The notes beneath the pieces are model-generated. The model was not told the origin of the DNA. It did not search any database and saw only the letters and a list, made by a program, of their open reading frames with translations. 64,000 bases of DNA from an uncultured Candidatus Rokubacteria bacterium (GTDB lineage Bacteria; Methylomirabilota; Methylomirabilia; Rokubacteriales; CSP1-6): positions 800,001 through 864,000 of the forward strand of contig CAVWWD010000003.1 of assembly GCA_963758635.1 (NCBI GenBank), read 5' to 3'. This document shows positions 60,231-64,000 of this stretch, piece by piece. Every line of letters starts with the position of its first letter. The first letter of the stretch is position 1. Both the position numbers and the translations under genes were made by a program.

Positions 60231-61325
60231 TCACTCGGCGCGGATGCGCGCCTCGTTGGAGCGCGCGCTCTCGTTGGGCCGCCGCGCCGCGTCCAGCGCG
60301 GTGACCACGTAGCGGTACACGCGGCCCGCCACGATGTCGCGGTCCACGAAGACGGTGGCCGGCGGCGCCGTGCTCCCGACGCGGACGAAGGCGTCGGTCT
60401 CCTCCGCGCGATACACCACGTAGCGGGTCACGTCGGCGTCGGGGCTCGCGTTCCACGCCAGCCGGACGGTGGCGGGCCCGGTGATGGCGAGGAGCGCGGT
60501 GGGGGCCGCGGGCGGCGTCGTGTCCACGGGGGTGACGCGCACCTCGGCGGACGGCGCGCCCAGCGCCCGCGTCGCGCCCGGGGCCAGCCGAACGGCGCGG
60601 ATCGCGTAGCGGTACGGGGCGTCGTTGTCCAGGCCACGGTCCACGTATTCCGTGCCCGTCACCGGCTCCGGCGTGATCGGCGCCAGGGCGCCGGCCTCGC
60701 CCTCTCCCGCGCCGCGGAGCACCAGGTAGCCGAGGTCGCCGGCCGCGGGTGAGCCGTCGATCAGCTCGGGCGGCGCCTTCCACGTGAGGGTCACGCTCGC
60801 GTCCCCCGGCTCGCCGGCGACGTCCCGCGGCGGGCCGGGCGCGGCCACGAAGTCCACGACGAGCCGCGCCGACGGCGCGCTGGACCGGCCCGTGGAGTCG
60901 ACGGCGGTCACCACGTAGACGTAGCGGCGGCCCGGGACGAGCTGGCCACGATCGATCCAGTGGGCGCCGCCGCGCGACACCTGGGCGTCGCCCGGGGCGT
61001 CCAGGCGGATCACCGCCACGTCGTCGTAGCCGACCACGCGGCCGCGGTGGAGCATCGCGGCCTTGGGCTCGGCGGCGGCGATCTCCTCGCGGCGGTGCAC
61101 CTTGAGGGTGGTCAGGTCGCGCAGACGCGAGTTGTCGACGCGCTTGTCGGGGTTGGCCCAGCCGAGCGAGACCGCCGAGCCGTCGATCGTCGCGGAGAGC
61201 GCGCTGGGTGCGATAGGCAGCCGGAGCTCCGGCGCCACCGGCGGCCCACTCTTGCCGCAGGCGACGGCGGCGAGGCCGGCGAGGCCGAGCGCGACCAGGG
61301 ACCGCGTCAGTCCCCGGCCGCTCAC
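60231..61325 (-). CDS. Fibronectin type III-domain lipoprotein
   Basis: AVACGKSGPPVAPE lipobox; three FN3-like repeats (YVYVVTAVD, YRYAIRAV, YRYVVTALD). Confidence 0.85.
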   Translation of the reverse strand: MSGRGLTRSLVALGLAGLAAVACGKSGPPVAPELRLPIAPSALSATIDGSAVSLGWANPDKRVDNSRLRDLTTLKVHRREEIAAAEPKAAMLHRGRVVGYDDVAVIRLDAPGDAQVSRGGAHWIDRGQLVPGRRYVYVVTAVDSTGRSSAPSARLVVDFVAAPGPPRDVAGEPGDASVTLTWKAPPELIDGSPAAGDLGYLVLRGAGEGEAGALAPITPEPVTGTEYVDRGLDNDAPYRYAIRAVRLAPGATRALGAPSAEVRVTPVDTTPPAAPTALLAITGPATVRLAWNASPDADVTRYVVYRAEETDAFVRVGSTAPPATVFVDRDIVAGRVYRYVVTALDAARRPNESARSNEARIRAE

Positions 61326-62722
61326 GCGCGCGGCGTCCGGGCGATGGCCTGCCGGGCCGCGGCGAGGGCCTGCTTCACGGCCTCGGGCGCGGTGCCGCCG
61401 ACGACGGCGCGCGCGGCGAGCGACGCCTCGACGGTGAGGGCCGCGTGCACGTCGGGCCCGATCAAGGGCGAGAAGCTCCGGAGGTCGTCGAGCGACAGCT
61501 CGGAGAGCTCCTTGCCGGTGGCGAGGCCGTGCCGCACCGCGCGGCCCACCACCTCGTGAGCCTCGCGAAAGGGCAGGCCCTTGCGGACCAGATAGTCGGC
61601 GAGGTCGGTGGCCGTCGAGTAGTGCGCGCCCGCGGCGTCGCGCATGCGCTCGACCTTGAAGGTCAGCGTCTTCAGCATCGGGGGCACGACGCGGAGGATC
61701 GCCTCCAGCGTGTCGACGCTGTCGAACAGCGGCTCCTTGTCCTCTTGCATGTCGGAGTTGTAGGTGAGGGGCAGGCCCTTCATGGTCGTGAGCAGCGCGA
61801 CGAGGTTCCCGTAGAGACGGCCCGACTTTCCGCGGATCAGCTCGGCCACGTCAGGGTTCTTCTTCTGCGGCATGATCGACGAGCCGGTGGCGAAGGCGTC
61901 GGCGAACTCCACGAACGCGAACTCGCTGGTGGCCCAGAGGGTCAGGTCGCCGGCGAGCCGCGAGAAGTGCATGCCCAGGATGGCCGCGGCGGCGAGGAAC
62001 TCGAGGAGGTGGTCGCGGTCGCTCACCGCGTCGAGGCTGTTGGCGGTGGGCGCGGCGAAGTCGAGGTCGCGCGCGAGGGCGGCGCGGTCGATGGGAAAGG
62101 CGGCGCCGGCGAGCGCGGCCGCGCCGAGCGGGAGCAGGTTGGCGCGCGCGCGCGCGTCGGCGAAGCGGGCGCGGTCGCGCTGGAGCATGCTCACGTAGGC
62201 GAGCAGGTGGTGCGACAGCAGCACGGGCTGGGCGCGCTGCAGATGCGTGTAGCCCGGCATGGGCGCGCCCAGGTGCTCCTCGGCGCGGTCGGCCAGCGCC
62301 TCCTGGACGTCGCGCACGCCCGCGTCCACGTGGTCGATGGTCTCGCGGAGGTAGAGGCGCTCGTCGAGCGCGATCTGGTCGTTGCGCGATCGGCCCGTGT
62401 GGAGCTTGCCGCCCACCGGCCCCACCAGCTCGATGAGCCGGCGCTCCACGTTGGTGTGGATGTCCTCCAGCTCCTGCCGGAACGGAAAGCGCCCGCCCTC
62501 GATCTCCTCGCGCACGGCGTCGAGGCCGCCGAGGAGCGTGTCGCGCTCGGCCGCGGTGAGAAGCCCGGCGCCGAAGAGCGCGCGGGCCCACGCCGCGCTC
62601 CCCGCGAGGTCGTGCCGCCACAGGCGCCGGTCGAAGCGGAGGGACGCGGTGAAGGCCTCCGCGGTGGGATCGGCCGCCGCGTCGAAGCGGCCGCCCCACG
62701 TCTTGCCCGACGGAGCGGTCAT
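61322..62722 (-). CDS. argH: Argininosuccinate lyase
   Basis: WGGRF, HTGRSRNDQ, GYTHLQRAQP and GSSIMPQKKNPD motifs. Confidence 0.96.
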   Translation of the reverse strand: MTAPSGKTWGGRFDAAADPTAEAFTASLRFDRRLWRHDLAGSAAWARALFGAGLLTAAERDTLLGGLDAVREEIEGGRFPFRQELEDIHTNVERRLIELVGPVGGKLHTGRSRNDQIALDERLYLRETIDHVDAGVRDVQEALADRAEEHLGAPMPGYTHLQRAQPVLLSHHLLAYVSMLQRDRARFADARARANLLPLGAAALAGAAFPIDRAALARDLDFAAPTANSLDAVSDRDHLLEFLAAAAILGMHFSRLAGDLTLWATSEFAFVEFADAFATGSSIMPQKKNPDVAELIRGKSGRLYGNLVALLTTMKGLPLTYNSDMQEDKEPLFDSVDTLEAILRVVPPMLKTLTFKVERMRDAAGAHYSTATDLADYLVRKGLPFREAHEVVGRAVRHGLATGKELSELSLDDLRSFSPLIGPDVHAALTVEASLAARAVVGGTAPEAVKQALAAARQAIARTPRA

Positions 62723-63519
62723 GGCGCGTGCGGGCGTCGGGCGGCGGGCGCCGCGCCGGCGGGGACGGGCTCGAGCAGGGCGGCGATCTCGTCCATGATG
62801 CGTCCGGTGACGGCGTGCCGGACGCTCCGGGCGCGACCGGTCGCGGTCGTCGCGCGCTCGGCCGACGCCTCCGGGCGCACGTCGAGAGGAGGCCCGAAGC
62901 GCACGGACAGCGGATGCCGCCGCGGGATGTAGAGCCGCCGCCTGGTCAGCGCTTCGAACGTGCCGCGGATCGCCGCGGGAACCACCGGCACCCGGGCCCG
63001 CATGGCGAGCGCGGCGACACCGGGCTGCCCGGGGACGAGGCGGCCCTCGCGGCTCCACGGCCCCTCGGGGAAGATGCCGACCACGCCGCCCCGGCGGAGC
63101 ACGCGCAGCGCGCGCCGCATCGCGCCCGGATCCGGCCGGTCCACGTCGATGCAGATGGAGCCGATGCGGTCGTGGAACGACGGATGGAGCGGGCTCGCGC
63201 GATAGACGCGCGGCATGACGAGAAACGCGATCGGCCGCGGGACGGCGATGCCGAGCACGATGCCGTCGAGGTAGTTGTGGTGATTGGCGGCCACGATGAA
63301 GGGACCGGCGGGGAGGTGCTCGAGACCGGAGACCTCAAGACGGAACTGCGACCGGAGGATCGGCGCCAGGAGGCTTCGCAGGGCCCCGTACAGTGGAGGG
63401 AACGGCTCGCTCGTCCGAGTCCGACCGACAACCCGCTCCGCGGACTGGGATGCGGCGACCCCTGGCAGCGCCGGCGGCGCCAGCGCGCCAGCTCCACCTC
63501 GCTCATCGCCCGCGCTCAT
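62719..63519 (-). CDS. plsC: Lysophospholipid acyltransferase (PlsC family)
   Basis: NHHNYLD, IFPEG and VPVVP motifs. Confidence 0.85.
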   Translation of the reverse strand: MSAGDERGGAGALAPPALPGVAASQSAERVVGRTRTSEPFPPLYGALRSLLAPILRSQFRLEVSGLEHLPAGPFIVAANHHNYLDGIVLGIAVPRPIAFLVMPRVYRASPLHPSFHDRIGSICIDVDRPDPGAMRRALRVLRRGGVVGIFPEGPWSREGRLVPGQPGVAALAMRARVPVVPAAIRGTFEALTRRRLYIPRRHPLSVRFGPPLDVRPEASAERATTATGRARSVRHAVTGRIMDEIAALLEPVPAGAAPAARRPHAP

Positions 63520-63601
63520 GACCCGGTCGGTTATAGCACCCGGTCGGGGAGAGGACAAGGCGAGGAGGCCCACCGCTCGGCATTGGTCTGACGCTCGGGG
63601 C

Positions 63602-64000
63602 TCACTGGCGCGGCTTGCTCGACCGGTATCGCGCCACCGCGGCATTGTGCTCGGCCAGGCTCGTGGAGAACTTGTGCTGCCGCTCGTTCATCGCCACGAA
63701 GTACAGGTAGTCGGTGACGGCGGGGCGCACGGCGGCGTCGATGGCCGCGCGACCGGGGCTGCCGATGGGACCGGGCGGGAGCCCGACGTAGCGGTAGGTG
63801 TTGAAGGGCGAGTCCACCTGGAGGTCGGCACGCGTCAGGGCGTGGCCCTGCTTGTCCAGGGCGTACTGCACGGTGGGGTCGGCCTGGAGCGGGATGTCCC
63901 GCTTGAGCCGGTTCCAGAACACGCCCGAGATCAGCGGCATCTCCTTCCGGTCGACCGCCTCGCGCTCGATGATGGAGGCGAGCGTCAGGAGCCGGTGCAG
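63602..64000 (-). CDS. mltG: Endolytic transglycosylase MltG, C-terminal part
   Basis: LASIIERE, LQADPTVQY, SPFNTY, GLPPGPI and YLYFVA motifs. Confidence 0.93.
   Translation of the reverse strand: MHRLLTLASIIEREAVDRKEMPLISGVFWNRLKRDIPLQADPTVQYALDKQGHALTRADLQVDSPFNTYRYVGLPPGPIGSPGRAAIDAAVRPAVTDYLYFVAMNERQHKFSTSLAEHNAAVARYRSSKPRQ

Noticed and set aside
59718..60752. Repeat-containing protein ORF over the tandem array
   Set aside because: The 31-nt unit is not a multiple of 3, and the ORF overlaps repeat A and the antisense of the lipoprotein.

Overview
Very GC-rich bacterial chromosomal segment. The gene families and style resemble Rokubacteria/Methylomirabilota, which is inference only. Many single-base frameshifts, including in dapB and folK, point to long-read assembly errors. 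Left part (1-14.5 kb): an ArnT/GT39-like glycosyltransferase with a methyltransferase, a PhyH dioxygenase, a DEAD-box helicase, a TAXI-TRAP transporter, a carotenoid oxygenase-dinB-truncated LLM operon, an ABM protein, an amidohydrolase and eda. Middle (14.6-53.2 kb): a ~38 kb surface-glycan locus with a MarR-type regulator, an MsbA/PglK-type ABC exporter, pseB-C-G-I-H, extra oxidoreductase/SpsF/class-III aminotransferase genes, six SAM methyltransferases, ~10 glycosyltransferases, a fused MFS/spermidine synthase, a GDP-sugar SDR, WcaJ and an O-antigen ligase. Right part: ECF sigma/anti-sigma, folK, folB, FAH, dapB, dapA, an oppositely oriented lysA, an FN3 lipoprotein, argH, plsC and partial mltG. 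The most unusual signal is intergenic. It includes a three-copy ~150-nt element whose long stem shows compensatory changes, a five-copy ~100-bp MITE-like family, a 248-bp TGT...ACA miniature element with a 15-bp target duplication, and a 31-bp x ~9 tandem array bracketed by 21-bp direct repeats. No transposase, CRISPR array, tRNA or rRNA was found.
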